Position numbers and translations under genes: made by a program. The notes beneath the pieces were generated by a model. It had not been told where the DNA came from, ran no database searches, and saw only the letters and a list, made by a program, of their open reading frames with translations. From a candidate division FCPU426 bacterium (GTDB lineage: Bacteria; Oederibacteriota; PGYV01; Palsa-1178): a stretch of 64,000 nucleotides of DNA. Shown piece by piece: positions 37,548 through 47,794 of this stretch; within the stretch, counting starts at the first letter, position 1; every line of letters begins with the position of its first letter. The stretch lies in NCBI GenBank assembly GCA_963840035.1, contig CAWIXE010000002.1:832001-896000 (forward strand), read 5' to 3'.

Positions 37548-38735
37548 TTAAGCTTTTGTTTCAGGCGCGGGTACAGCCGCTACAGGCTTCTTTAACTTCC
37601 CCAATGCCAGTACAACAACCACGGCTGTCAGAATCAGCGCCACGCCAAGTACGGGCCTGACAACGAGCCAGGCAATGGCGATGGTAACTAAAGTCAGTAC
37701 AAGCGATAAAAGGAAAAGCACAAAGCCTGTTATTGCGCCGAATATGTTCGCCAGGAAAGGCAGTATGGCCAGAAGTGTCCGCAGCGGGTTTACCAGCAGC
37801 TGAAGGCCGAAGAACATGCATAAAAGTCCGGCAAGCCTGAGCACCCATGTCATTATGGCGTTCGCGGTGCGTTCCATGTTTATGATATCGGCGGAGGTGT
37901 GTATGCCGTCTTTTAATATTTCAAATGACTTTCCGCTTTTTGCCGTGTATGCCTCAAAGGTTTTTAAAACCTGCCTCGCCATTACTGTGACCGGCTGTTT
38001 CGGGCCTGTGAGCATGAATGTAAGCTTATAATCCCCTATTTTCGGGCTGTCAAATACAGGCTTATAATTTGTGCCGTAATACAGCGAGCCGGCTTCAAGG
38101 GTGGAGTAGCTGCGTATTTTAGAGGGCATTTTTTTCTTGTCTGCCACATTAAGGGCGACAGCCTGTGCCCCACCGATTTTTGATATAAGCTCCGCCGGCA
38201 GTTTATACGCGCCGAGTTTAACGTTTTCAGCCAGGTATTCCTTGGTCTTATATTTCATGGCGGGGTTTGTGTGGCCTTCAGGGCGCTTGAATTTTGAAGA
38301 GTCATTATACGAAGACGACCACTGTTTTTCATAGCTGTATGTAGTGGTTGTCTCGGATGAACCGCCTGTTTTTTCAGTGGTCTTGCTTTCGGACCTCTCA
38401 ACCCACTGGTACATTTCCGTTTCCCTTGTCAGGCTGATGCCTTTAAAGGATAATTCGACGAGAGTATCTTTAAGCGAGTCGGAAGTTTCGGCATTGCCGT
38501 TTGTGCAGACAAGTTTTCCTTCATTGGCCGTGTTCACGGAGTCAGCGGAAACTGTAATAACGTTCTTTTCCATTTCCGCTATGGCCCTGTAGACCTTTAC
38601 CGAGTTGTCTTCGTTGAAGAAAAGAAGGAAAAAAGAACCGAAAAAGAGCACGAGGCCGAAGAGAACTCCGCCTATAGAATCTTTAAGACGCGAACCATAA
38701 GATTTAGTTGTTGTTTCCGTAAATGTATCAGCCAT
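37548..38735 (-). CDS. TMEM43 (DUF1625) family membrane protein
   Basis: LF.NE, N.GKLV...G, R..EMYQW.E, P.GH.NP, P.IGD, TW.LR..G, C-terminal TMs. Confidence 0.85.
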   Translation of the reverse strand: MADTFTETTTKSYGSRLKDSIGGVLFGLVLFFGSFFLLFFNEDNSVKVYRAIAEMEKNVITVSADSVNTANEGKLVCTNGNAETSDSLKDTLVELSFKGISLTRETEMYQWVERSESKTTEKTGGSSETTTTYSYEKQWSSSYNDSSKFKRPEGHTNPAMKYKTKEYLAENVKLGAYKLPAELISKIGGAQAVALNVADKKKMPSKIRSYSTLEAGSLYYGTNYKPVFDSPKIGDYKLTFMLTGPKQPVTVMARQVLKTFEAYTAKSGKSFEILKDGIHTSADIINMERTANAIMTWVLRLAGLLCMFFGLQLLVNPLRTLLAILPFLANIFGAITGFVLFLLSLVLTLVTIAIAWLVVRPVLGVALILTAVVVVLALGKLKKPVAAVPAPETKA

Positions 38736-38872
38736 GTTTTTACCTCCCGTTTATTAGCGCAAGTTAACCCGATTATGAATTTATATTAACACTTTTTAAG
38801 TTTTTTTCCATACTTTTATGCTAAATATTATATGTACTTGGTTTATAGTGATTATTAGCCGTTCAATACCGG

Positions 38873-39241
38873 CTATATCTTCGTGTACTCTTCAGAACCA
38901 AATAATGAAAGTATGAACATCGCGCCTATCGTTGAAACAACCCCTATCATCACATAATCAAAACCGTCAAGATTGTCCAAGTCAAGGTTTGAATAACTTA
39001 CCCTGGGTGAGCTCCAGGATTTTTCCTCGTCCGCCCTTTGTTTATTCCGCAGGTATGTGTTGTATTCAAAGGTGTTGTTTTTGTCGCATTCATTGCACGA
39101 GCCTACGGCCGCCATCTGCAGCCCTTTCCACGGCTCATATGCGGGTATTGTTACAGCGCCCGCGTACGCGGAAAAAACAAAAGCAGGGACGCAATTCAGC
39201 GTCAATGCCGTTACGCACAGCAAGATGATTATTTTTTTCAT
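38873..39241 (-). CDS. Hypothetical protein (signal peptide and C-terminal TM)
   Basis: MKKIIILL start with RBS GGAG. CxxC, C-terminal hydrophobic helix. Confidence 0.55.
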   Translation of the reverse strand: MKKIIILLCVTALTLNCVPAFVFSAYAGAVTIPAYEPWKGLQMAAVGSCNECDKNNTFEYNTYLRNKQRADEEKSWSSPRVSYSNLDLDNLDGFDYVMIGVVSTIGAMFILSLFGSEEYTKI

Positions 39242-39250
39242 TGGCGTCTC

Positions 39251-39895
39251 CTAGTTCATTATGAAGTAAAGTCCGGCCTTTAATGCCGGCCCGGCGCTTA
39301 AATATGATTCGTTTAGTTTTCCGCCGGACTCCCCGCCGGCGGCGGACCCGTAAGAATTAAACCGCCACAAAAGGTCGGCGGTTAAGGCGAAGCTGGAACC
39401 CATGTTTATAACCGCGCCCGCGCCTATGTCCAGTCCGAACCCTGAAAATACCGCGTCTTTTATTACAAGCCCTTTCCGGGCCCCTCCGGCCACGGTCAGC
39501 CACTGGTAAAAGAGGTTTACCGGGATGGCGGGTTTTATGAAGAAGTCAAAATCGTCAAAAATGAACCGCGAGCCAAAGGAAACGCTGCCGTAGGAAGTAT
39601 TCAGGGCCTCGTTTAAATATTTTCCCTTCTGCTGCGTGGAGCTGAATGCGGTATTGAGCATGGCTCCTTTCATGTTCTTGCCAAGCTCCACATAAAAGCC
39701 GGCGCCCGGGTCAAGTTTTGGGAAGATAACAATCTCGTGGGAAATACCGCTGTACCGCTGCGCGTCGCCGCCGGCCATGTTATAAGCGCCGCCTCCGCCG
39801 AGATATACGCCGGCGCAGCCTGAAAGGAGGATTGCGATAAGGAAAAGTGAAACAGGGGTGAAAAACATTTTTTTAGTCATCATATTCCTGCCCAT
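39251..39895 (-). CDS. Outer-membrane beta-barrel-like lipoprotein
   Basis: LSGC lipobox, alternating beta strands, terminal LKAGLYF. Confidence 0.6.
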   Translation of the reverse strand: MGRNMMTKKMFFTPVSLFLIAILLSGCAGVYLGGGGAYNMAGGDAQRYSGISHEIVIFPKLDPGAGFYVELGKNMKGAMLNTAFSSTQQKGKYLNEALNTSYGSVSFGSRFIFDDFDFFIKPAIPVNLFYQWLTVAGGARKGLVIKDAVFSGFGLDIGAGAVINMGSSFALTADLLWRFNSYGSAAGGESGGKLNESYLSAGPALKAGLYFIMN

Positions 39896-40012
39896 AGTCA
39901 GTATTTAAAAACGGCCTCAGCCGGTGTCCGGCGAATCGGATATTATTATACTGAAAGCAGCGTGTATAAATCAATATTTTTTTTAAAATATTTAAGCGCG
40001 GGACCGGAACGC

Positions 40013-41494
40013 TTATTTTAGCTCCTCTTTATTTATGACGTAGTAATAACCGTCAAGTTCCGCTGCCAGGGCTGTCATTACATTCTGTTTCCAGTCATGT
40101 TTTATAATCTCGCGGGCATATCCGCCGCCGCTTTTGTATTCCCTGCATATCACAAGCGAAGATTTCTCCAGCTTTCTGCCGTCTTTTATCAGGTGTTGTT
40201 CGGTTATGTAAAAGTTCAGTTCTATGTCGCGTTTTTTATCCGCCAGGACGCTGCCGCTTATCGAGGGGCATGGTTCGTAAACCGGCGTAACAGGCTTATA
40301 GGAACTGCTGTCTTTAAAAAGCGGCGGATTTTCATTCCCTGAATATATTACCAGCGGAGTTGATTCCTTTGTTTTTCCGGCCGGCACCCATAGAGTAAAC
40401 ATTCCATAGGCATCTTTAATATATTCCCTGCCGTTTTTCCCGAGATGATAGCCTACGGAAAAAACCGAACGGTCAATTTCCTTGTCCTTATAACCGTACC
40501 GGCTTTCTGTTATCTCCATCATGAGCGTCTGGTCGCCGTACATCTTTTTATCGGAAACATTCAGGTAACCCATGGTGTACGGATTAAAGCGGCCATACCT
40601 GCGCCACCCTTCCTGTATGGGTATGAGTTCCGCGGGTTTGGCTCCGGCCCCGAAGAATACTTTCCACTTTTTAAGGTCGCTTGTTTCGGTGTTTATCAGG
40701 ATTGGAATATAGCTTTTTCCTTTATAAACCGGCTTCAGCCTCAGCCTGAAAAAGCCGTCCGGAGGCACTGTCCATGAACCCAGGGGCTGAAATTCTTCGC
40801 CTGTGCCGAATTCAAAATCTTCGCACGGCGTACCGTCCGCGTTAATAAGTTTTATTATTGCGCCGGGTTCAGCCTTAAAATTCATGCTTTCAGGCATCCG
40901 GCCTTTTGACATATCAAAGCCGTTCAGCATTGATGCCGGCGAAATATTGTTCCCCGGCCCGAAATAATTCACTGTGCCTTTGTCCGCCCTGGCGTAAAAT
41001 TCCGCCTGCGGAGCGTAACCGTGTTCATGCTCCGGCGAATAGAATCCGACGGAATAGACATCGAATTCCTTCCTTGATATGGGGCTGTCATCCTGCTTTA
41101 GGGTTTTTAATACGACCTTCGCTTTTCCAGGGCTTGATACAGGCACAAATCCCTCATACACGAATGTGCCCGCGTACGCGCCCGTCCCCTTTACCAGCAT
41201 CATCATAGAAGGCGAGTAATTTTCAGCCTGCGCGTATACAAAAGGCCGTTTAGGGTCAAAATAAATACCCGCCACTGTGCCTTTGATAAACATCATGGCA
41301 TTTTCGGTATTATACCCGATAATCCAGCCGTCAATGTAACCAAGCTTCTTGTCAATATCCACCACGGGTATCTCATCAGGATAATATATGCCGATTTTCC
41401 CGTTTGCCAAAAAAGAAAATACCGCGCACCCGGAAAAGAGAAAAGATGATATAAATGCCGCTAAAATAAATACTGCAACTTTAGTTTTTGTCAT
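40013..41494 (-). CDS. Hypothetical lipoprotein
   Basis: FSGC lipobox, 493-aa ORF. Confidence 0.65.
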   Translation of the reverse strand: MTKTKVAVFILAAFISSFLFSGCAVFSFLANGKIGIYYPDEIPVVDIDKKLGYIDGWIIGYNTENAMMFIKGTVAGIYFDPKRPFVYAQAENYSPSMMMLVKGTGAYAGTFVYEGFVPVSSPGKAKVVLKTLKQDDSPISRKEFDVYSVGFYSPEHEHGYAPQAEFYARADKGTVNYFGPGNNISPASMLNGFDMSKGRMPESMNFKAEPGAIIKLINADGTPCEDFEFGTGEEFQPLGSWTVPPDGFFRLRLKPVYKGKSYIPILINTETSDLKKWKVFFGAGAKPAELIPIQEGWRRYGRFNPYTMGYLNVSDKKMYGDQTLMMEITESRYGYKDKEIDRSVFSVGYHLGKNGREYIKDAYGMFTLWVPAGKTKESTPLVIYSGNENPPLFKDSSSYKPVTPVYEPCPSISGSVLADKKRDIELNFYITEQHLIKDGRKLEKSSLVICREYKSGGGYAREIIKHDWKQNVMTALAAELDGYYYVINKEELK

Positions 41495-41551
41495 TTTGTC
41501 CCCAGTGCTTTATCCGGCCGTTTTAGCGGCAGTCATTCTCTGCCCGGTTTT

Positions 41552-42250
41552 CTAATCCCACCACAGGTACAGCGTATTCCTGACCGTCATTTCGTTAGCC
41601 AGGGCTTCCAGCGTCTGCGTTCCCTGTTCCACTACATCAGGGCAGAACTTATAGACTTGTTTTGCGAAGGATTTCATATCAGCCGGTTGTTTTATAAACC
41701 TTGCTTCCAACCAGTCCCGGCCTGCGCCGGTTATCTCAAAAGAACATATCTTTTCCCATTCTTTCAGTTTATTTATAAGCATTGGGTTTGTTATGCCGTA
41801 GTTTATCCCGTCGGTACCCATGGCCCGCAGGATGTCGTACTGATCAGATGTTTTCATTACCGCAATTTCATCGGGTTTGCTGCCAAAATTCTGGTCAGAG
41901 ACAAAAATGAGCAGGCCGTTTTTCTTAAGAACCGGACTGTATTTTTTGATTATTGCTTCGGTTTTATTGTGCATTACGGTATACGCGACGGCATTGACAG
42001 CTTTTGTATTGCCGTTCTCATCAATTCCTTCAAGCGGCCTGATGGAGGCGTGAGGGGTGTTTATATAGACAATATTATAAGCATCTTTTTTTATGGATAA
42101 AGCTGTTTCAGCGGGCACACCGGCTTTTGTTATTAGCTCTTTTTCATGAGCAGAGAGATTTAAATCCGCGTTACGGAAGAATATCAGATAAACCGCCAGA
42201 AACGACCCTATTAAAAGCAACAGTTTGAACCTTTTTAACATCACACTCAT
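41552..42250 (-). CDS. DUF4253 domain protein
   Basis: T.G.NY, L..W, G...D.LE..F, Y.FCPD.V.QG and terminal LWWD. Confidence 0.88.
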   Translation of the reverse strand: MSVMLKRFKLLLLIGSFLAVYLIFFRNADLNLSAHEKELITKAGVPAETALSIKKDAYNIVYINTPHASIRPLEGIDENGNTKAVNAVAYTVMHNKTEAIIKKYSPVLKKNGLLIFVSDQNFGSKPDEIAVMKTSDQYDILRAMGTDGINYGITNPMLINKLKEWEKICSFEITGAGRDWLEARFIKQPADMKSFAKQVYKFCPDVVEQGTQTLEALANEMTVRNTLYLWWD

Positions 42251-42283
42251 CCTTCTTATATGCGCGGCTAAAAACGCATGTAC

Positions 42284-44152
42284 TTAGTAAACAATTTCCA
42301 CATTATGGACGTTCCTTAGCTCGTCCGCGTCAGACTGCCCCTGCGTTGTAAGCGGGTTACCTGTTAAAAATACGCTGTCCATCATTCCAAAGCCGCCATT
42401 ATCCGCGTTTGTTACAAGCGCTGTTATTTCTTCTATTTGATTATTCTGAAGATTCAGCATCCTCAGCGTTGTGAGGGTTGTCAGCGCTGTAAGGTCTGAA
42501 ATATTGTTATCGGAAAGCCATAGGTCTGACAGGCCGCTAATGGCGGACAACACGGTTATGTCAGTAATGTTATTGTTATTCAGCTGCAGGTTTTTCAGCT
42601 TTGTCAGGCTGCCTGCGGGTGTGATAATTGAAATATTGTTATTGCGGAGGTCGAGCCTGGTTAAGTTTGTCAGAACGCCAAGGCCTGCCATGGATGTTAA
42701 TCCGCAATTGCTCATAACAAGCATATCCAGGCCGGTCAGGGCGCTTAGATCGCCGATGGTTGTAATACTGTTATATGATAAGTAAAGATCTTTTAGCGCG
42801 GACATTCCTGTAAGCGGGCTTATATCTGTTATGAGATTGACGCCAAGGTTGAGGGCGGTCAGTCCTGTCAAACCGGCCAATGGTGTGATATCAGCAACAT
42901 TGTTTCCGCCCAGATAAAGCAATGTAAGTGATGTTAAACCTGCCAGCGGGGCAACGGAATTTACGTCATTTCCATCGAGTTTAAGGTTTTTTAATTTTGT
43001 CATGGCGCTAATGCTGGTAATAGTTGCTATGTTATTGAAGGACAGGTCAAGATATTCCAGGTTAATTAAGCCGCTTAAACCGCCAATATCAGATATCCCG
43101 CAGTTATAAATTGTCAGTTCTTTTAATCCTGTCATACCGGAAATAAAATTAAGGTTTGTTATGGGAGATATGGTTTCGATGAAAAGGCGCGTCAGTTTTG
43201 TAAGAGAACCAAGCGGCGCAAAGTTTGATACAGGGCAGTTGCCTATATACAGGTCTGTCAGGTTTTCAATCAAACCGACCGCGGTTAAGTCGCTTAAACT
43301 TGCATTATATGATAATGTCAGTTTTGTCAGATTAGTACAGTACTGTATTCCGCTTAAATCAGATACGGCGGTGGATGAAAAATCCAGCTCTGTTATGGTT
43401 TCAAGCTCGTACAGGCATATATCCCCGGTTGGCTTCCCCAGCGCTTCCCTTATCTTATCCATAAGGACGCTGTCATGGAAAAGAGCCGGCGTGCACCCGC
43501 GTGTGGCTGTTTGCGTTGCCGTGGCCGTAGCTGTCGCGGTATCTGTGGCTGTATTCGACATTGTGGCTGTCATGGTTCCGGTTGCTGTCTGTGTCACGGT
43601 ATAAGTACAGGTTGCAGTACCTGAGGCAGTGCGCGTCGGCGAGGCTGACGCTGTTTCCGTGGCAGTGCGCGTGGCCGTGGGCGTATAAACGCACAGCATC
43701 AGGTTTATATTGACGCCCGTTGCCGGCACCAGCACATTAGCGGCTCCGGGTGTGTTCGGGTAAATGGCGCCGTAGTAACCGGCGAGGTCTCCGGAATTCC
43801 ATCCCGAGAGCATGCCTGAACCGTTTACATCCACAAAAGCGTAGACAAAATATGTCCCCGGAGCGACATAAGCGCTAAAAGCTATAGTTGATGACGCGCC
43901 GCACATGCCGAAGATCTCTTTTACATCGCCGTTTGAAAATATCAGGTCATTGTCGACGACTATTATGTAATTTTTTCCGCTTTGCGGCGATGACAGTATC
44001 ATGGAACCCGATATGTTTGAAATGTCCTGCGTCGCGGTGATTGTGGCGGTGGGCGTATTGGCGGTAATGTCAGGTCCGGCCGGATTTCTTTTATTATTAC
44101 AGGAAGAAAGCAGTAATGCCAAAGATAAAAAGATTATTATATGCCGTTTCAC
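42284..44152 (-). CDS. Internalin-like leucine-rich-repeat lipoprotein with a Thr-rich spacer
   Basis: LSSC lipobox, (T-A)n tract, many 22-aa L..LT.L..L.L..N.I.DI repeats. Confidence 0.9.
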   Translation of the reverse strand: MKRHIIIFLSLALLLSSCNNKRNPAGPDITANTPTATITATQDISNISGSMILSSPQSGKNYIIVVDNDLIFSNGDVKEIFGMCGASSTIAFSAYVAPGTYFVYAFVDVNGSGMLSGWNSGDLAGYYGAIYPNTPGAANVLVPATGVNINLMLCVYTPTATRTATETASASPTRTASGTATCTYTVTQTATGTMTATMSNTATDTATATATATQTATRGCTPALFHDSVLMDKIREALGKPTGDICLYELETITELDFSSTAVSDLSGIQYCTNLTKLTLSYNASLSDLTAVGLIENLTDLYIGNCPVSNFAPLGSLTKLTRLFIETISPITNLNFISGMTGLKELTIYNCGISDIGGLSGLINLEYLDLSFNNIATITSISAMTKLKNLKLDGNDVNSVAPLAGLTSLTLLYLGGNNVADITPLAGLTGLTALNLGVNLITDISPLTGMSALKDLYLSYNSITTIGDLSALTGLDMLVMSNCGLTSMAGLGVLTNLTRLDLRNNNISIITPAGSLTKLKNLQLNNNNITDITVLSAISGLSDLWLSDNNISDLTALTTLTTLRMLNLQNNQIEEITALVTNADNGGFGMMDSVFLTGNPLTTQGQSDADELRNVHNVEIVY

Positions 44153-44277
44153 GCGCGCCCCCGTAAATATCCCGTTTTTTTATACCCTGTTTATATATCG
44201 AAAATAAGATTACACCCTTGTATAAATTACGTCAAGGCAATAATCGGACGGGGACGCGTGCCGGCAGGATAGGCTAC

Positions 44278-44727
44278 CTACCTGCAGCTTAATACGGCTT
44301 CTTTTCCATAAGTGAGTATGGCTATGCTGTTTTTCAGCTCTCCGTATGACCTGAACGAATACATCTTCATGCCTGGCCCGCTTATCTTTACTTCGCGGCC
44401 AATTTCCCCGGATATTGTCTTTTCAATATCGGCCAGCGTGCATTTATCCGCGTCAAAAGATATTTTTTTCATGTCTTTGAGTTCCATGCTGCCGAACCCG
44501 CCGGGCAGGTATATGGCGCCGTTGGCGTAATCCACTATGAAAGCCACTACACCCGGTAATACAAAAAGCAGCAGGCAAAGCCCGTCCATGGCCACAACGC
44601 CCATGTCGACATTCCCTCCGCGCTGTCCCACGCGGTGAGGGTACATTATGGTCCCGCACCCCGCAAGCAGGATAACCAACACAACGCAGACCGCTCCCCT
44701 TAAAAATACCGTTAACTTCCCGGACAT
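44278..44727 (-). CDS. Conserved hypothetical lipoprotein
   Basis: LAGCGTIMYP.R.GQ..G..D..V...DG..LL.F..PG..AF.VD...GAIYLP. Start moved to ATG 44727. Confidence 0.7.
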   Translation of the reverse strand: MSGKLTVFLRGAVCVVLVILLAGCGTIMYPHRVGQRGGNVDMGVVAMDGLCLLLFVLPGVVAFIVDYANGAIYLPGGFGSMELKDMKKISFDADKCTLADIEKTISGEIGREVKISGPGMKMYSFRSYGELKNSIAILTYGKEAVLSCR

Positions 44728-44738
44728 AAAACACCCCC

Positions 44739-44888
44739 TTAAAGTATTTTTTTCCCCTGTATGACGCGTATGAGCACCGCTATGATAGCGATGATAAGCA
44801 AAAGATGAATGAATCCGTGCAATGTATATCCGCTGACAAGCCCCAATATCCACAGGACAATCAGGATTACTGCCGCTGTCCAAAGCAT
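44739..44888 (-). CDS. lmo0937/DUF5670 family small membrane protein
   Basis: MLWTAAVILIVLWILGLVSGYTLHGFIHLLLIIAII. RBS AAGGAGG before ATG 44888. Confidence 0.88.
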   Translation of the reverse strand: MLWTAAVILIVLWILGLVSGYTLHGFIHLLLIIAIIAVLIRVIQGKKIL

Positions 44889-45297
44889 AAGGCCTCCTTT
44901 CTGTTTTAATGAAAAAACATTGTGATAACGTAAAATGTCATGGAACTGATACGAAGGGATTGATTTATGGGCGGTATACACAAATTCAGTTCGGAGTGTT
45001 TATCTTTTTAGAGTCCCCTTTAAGCCTCAAAAACAAGGGCGTGTTTACATTCCCTTATATAATATATATCAGCACATCAGGTGAAAGTCAATTCCACGCC
45101 TGTTTTTCATTGATTTTTAAAAGTAAAATTACAGTTATTATTTATTTATACCCCTTATGATAAGCATTACAAGCGCTATTACCACAAGGATGCCCGCTAT
45201 GGTCCATATGTCCCCGTGTCCGGCGCTTATCCCGTTAAACCATCCGCGTATATAATCCATCACACGTTCCTTCCCCGGATAATGTCCGGTAATAATT

Positions 45298-45612
45298 CTA
45301 TTTTGTAAGTTTTGCCGCTTCCAGTTCCTTTATCTCGGCTTCAAGCTTTTTGATCTTGGCCACGTTGGTATTGACAAAAGCGTCCGGGGTAAAATCCGGG
45401 TTTTCCAGCACAAGCGCGTAAACCCTGGCGCCGAGTTCGGCCATTTCGTCCTTGACCAGGTTCTTCAGGCTGAATATTTTGTATCTTTTCCTGCCCTCGT
45501 CCGAAAGTTCAGACGCCTTTTCCTTGACCTTTTCCGCGCCTGATATCAAAGCCGCTTTTCCTTCTTCCACGCCGAGCTTAAGGTCTTCCTTTAATTTGTC
45601 CCAAAAAGTCAT
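45298..45612 (-). CDS. Hypothetical coiled-coil protein
   Basis: RBS GGAGG, helical charged sequence. Confidence 0.7.
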   Translation of the reverse strand: MTFWDKLKEDLKLGVEEGKAALISGAEKVKEKASELSDEGRKRYKIFSLKNLVKDEMAELGARVYALVLENPDFTPDAFVNTNVAKIKKLEAEIKELEAAKLTK

Positions 45613-45788
45613 TGCACACCTCCGTTTTGCGTCCCCTGCTTTATGCCTGAGGTACGTTATGGACTAATACTACACGAACCGCGCATAATCCGTTATGCCC
45701 GGTTTCCACTTTTGATAGACTTATATCGGAGTTAAAAAGGATGCTGTTTCCGGTGATTAAAAACGGGAGGATTTTAGCCGCTAAATGC

Positions 45789-45884
45789 GAGACACAGCAA
45801 GCTGTGTCTCTACAAAAACCATATAAAATATTAAAGATTTGGCATTTTTAGATTTCTGTAGAGACGCAGACTTGCTGCGTCTCT
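45789..45884. repeat. Inverted pair of GTAG-type REP hairpins
   Basis: GAGACACAGCAAGCTGTGTCTCTAC ... GTAGAGACGCAGACTTGCTGCGTCTCT. Confidence 0.75.
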
Positions 45885-45952
45885 GTTTATGCTCGGTGAC
45901 TTCTTGCCATACGTCCTTATATAATAACAAGTGCCACAGCACTCAATAATTG

Positions 45953-47527
45953 TTAATTGCCCTTCCGCGCCACCCTGAAAGTGTTCAGTATCGAGCAAAC
46001 CAGCGCGTACTCCCGTATCCTGTAACCCAGGCTTACTGTAAACGTGTTAGGGTCTACGGCTGATTTTTCAGTGTAACCTCCATGAAGCACGTTGGGGCTG
46101 CCCGCGGGGGTATCTGCCGGCTCAACACCCCTGTAATCAATAAAAACCGGAGCGGGCTTGCCCGCCGAAGCTTTCTTGTCCGAAGTAGCTTCAGCGTAGT
46201 CGGAAGCGGAGGCGGGATAATCAGCGTAAAAGTCCCACAGCCATTCATTGAGCCTGTTTGGAATATAGACAAACCCGGATTTGTTTTCTTCGTTTTTTAG
46301 CGCTGCCGGGTCAGCCCATTTCTGCCCGTCTATATATGAGGCGGAATAAAGCCACTCGCCTTCCGTGGGCAGCCTGTAGCCGTCCGCGGCCCAGTTTACA
46401 TACGGGTTGTCAAAACTTCCCTTTGCCTTGTTTTCTGAGCTTGGAAAATCCCCGAATTCCGATGTCCTTATGGGATTCTTAAAGGCCGCGTCAGAACAAT
46501 ACACCGGCTTTAGTTTGGTCATTTCGCTGTAAGCATTGCACCACACAATCACGTCGCGGCGGCTGATTCCTATTACCGGCAGTAAAGAGTCCTTGTCCGG
46601 CAGTATCTTGTCACGGAAACGGTCGCCAAAAGCCCTGCCCTCAATATTGAATTTATATCCGTTTCTTCCGGCCCATTCCCTCACTACATACCAGAGTTCA
46701 TAGGTAACTGTGTTTTTGCCGATTTTGAACGGGGAAAGGATATTTTTAAAGGACTTTGTCCCGTCAGACTGCGTGAATTCCCCGCCTTTCATGCTGATGA
46801 GTTCCGTATTCTTCAGTTGCTCAGGTTTTTTATACACGTAAGGCGGAACCGGAGTGGGGGTGTAATTCGCCACGACTTCCGCGGTCTTTTGCTCAGCCAC
46901 TGCTGTTTTCTCTTGGCTTATGGCAACCATGGTTTCATCAGGCACCGGCTCTATCTTCCCTTCACTCATGTAGTAATTTACGTCGAACATATCCAGGTTT
47001 ATCAGGCCGAAGTCCGCCGGGACGTAATGTTTTTCTTCAACGTCGTTCTCAAGGTTATAATTTGCGTCGTCAAACTTTACCAGCTGCCAATTTTTGTCCC
47101 TGCGCGAATAACCGAACTCGGAGTTGTTTGACCATTTGAAATTAGAGCCGCCAAAATGGTCCACCCCGAACTTCTTTTTTTCTGCCCATATCCTTACAAA
47201 AGGGTCTCCATATACCCCTCCGCATTCTTTGCACAGTATGGCGCGTTTGCTTCTTGCGGCTATAGAGTACTTTTTACCCTGGTTAATGACAACCAGAAGC
47301 TCCCTTTCCGCGTTTAAATATTCAAAAGCCACAAGATAATCGTCCTTGCCATCGCCGTTTAAGTCGGCTTTGACCGAGGCTATGACATCACCGCTGTCCG
47401 GCAACACCTTTGCCGCGGCCTCAGGCAGATCCACGGTGGACCTGTCAGGGTCGTCGCCCATCATGGCAAAACAGAGAACCCCGGGAAAAAGCAGGATAAC
47501 AGCGGATAACAATAAAATTTTTCTCAT
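45953..47527 (-). CDS. Secreted protein: N-terminal DLNGDG/CxxCG module plus FGE-sulfatase (SUMF1/CLec-fold) domain
   Basis: PV..IS..D.I.WCNAYS, GYRLPTEGEW, EW.WD.Y, FRVAR. Confidence 0.8.
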   Translation of the reverse strand: MRKILLLSAVILLFPGVLCFAMMGDDPDRSTVDLPEAAAKVLPDSGDVIASVKADLNGDGKDDYLVAFEYLNAERELLVVINQGKKYSIAARSKRAILCKECGGVYGDPFVRIWAEKKKFGVDHFGGSNFKWSNNSEFGYSRRDKNWQLVKFDDANYNLENDVEEKHYVPADFGLINLDMFDVNYYMSEGKIEPVPDETMVAISQEKTAVAEQKTAEVVANYTPTPVPPYVYKKPEQLKNTELISMKGGEFTQSDGTKSFKNILSPFKIGKNTVTYELWYVVREWAGRNGYKFNIEGRAFGDRFRDKILPDKDSLLPVIGISRRDVIVWCNAYSEMTKLKPVYCSDAAFKNPIRTSEFGDFPSSENKAKGSFDNPYVNWAADGYRLPTEGEWLYSASYIDGQKWADPAALKNEENKSGFVYIPNRLNEWLWDFYADYPASASDYAEATSDKKASAGKPAPVFIDYRGVEPADTPAGSPNVLHGGYTEKSAVDPNTFTVSLGYRIREYALVCSILNTFRVARKGN

Positions 47528-47632
47528 TATAAATCCTCCTTAAAATATTCCGGCATTTACCCGGTAGTTCATGAACCGCCCGGAACACCTGTAAACATAT
47601 ATGATACAGTCGGAATTGTAGTCATTCTTGTC

Positions 47633-47747
47633 TGTCATTGCGAGGAGGCGTTTTTGTTACTTGCCGACGAAGCAATCTCGCTGTTCCAGAAGGAAAAAAC
47701 GAGATTGCTTCGTCGCCATAAACCAACGGCGGCTCCTCGCAATGACA
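47633..47747. repeat. GTCATTGCGAG...GCAATCTC/GAGATTGC...CTCGCAATGAC palindromic element
   Basis: Outer stem TGTCATTGCGAGGAG / CTCCTCGCAATGACA. Inner stem CGACGAAGCAATCTCG / CGAGATTGCTTCGTCG. Confidence 0.8.
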
Positions 47748-47794
47748 ACAAAAAAACACAACTACAAGAACCGGGCATTCCTACAGCATCTATA

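Noticed and set aside
45953..46150. FGE-sulfatase/CLec C-terminus as a diversity-generating retroelement target
   Set aside because: No reverse transcriptase, avd-like gene or second near-copy (template repeat) of this 3' end was seen in the window. A remote DGR cannot be excluded.
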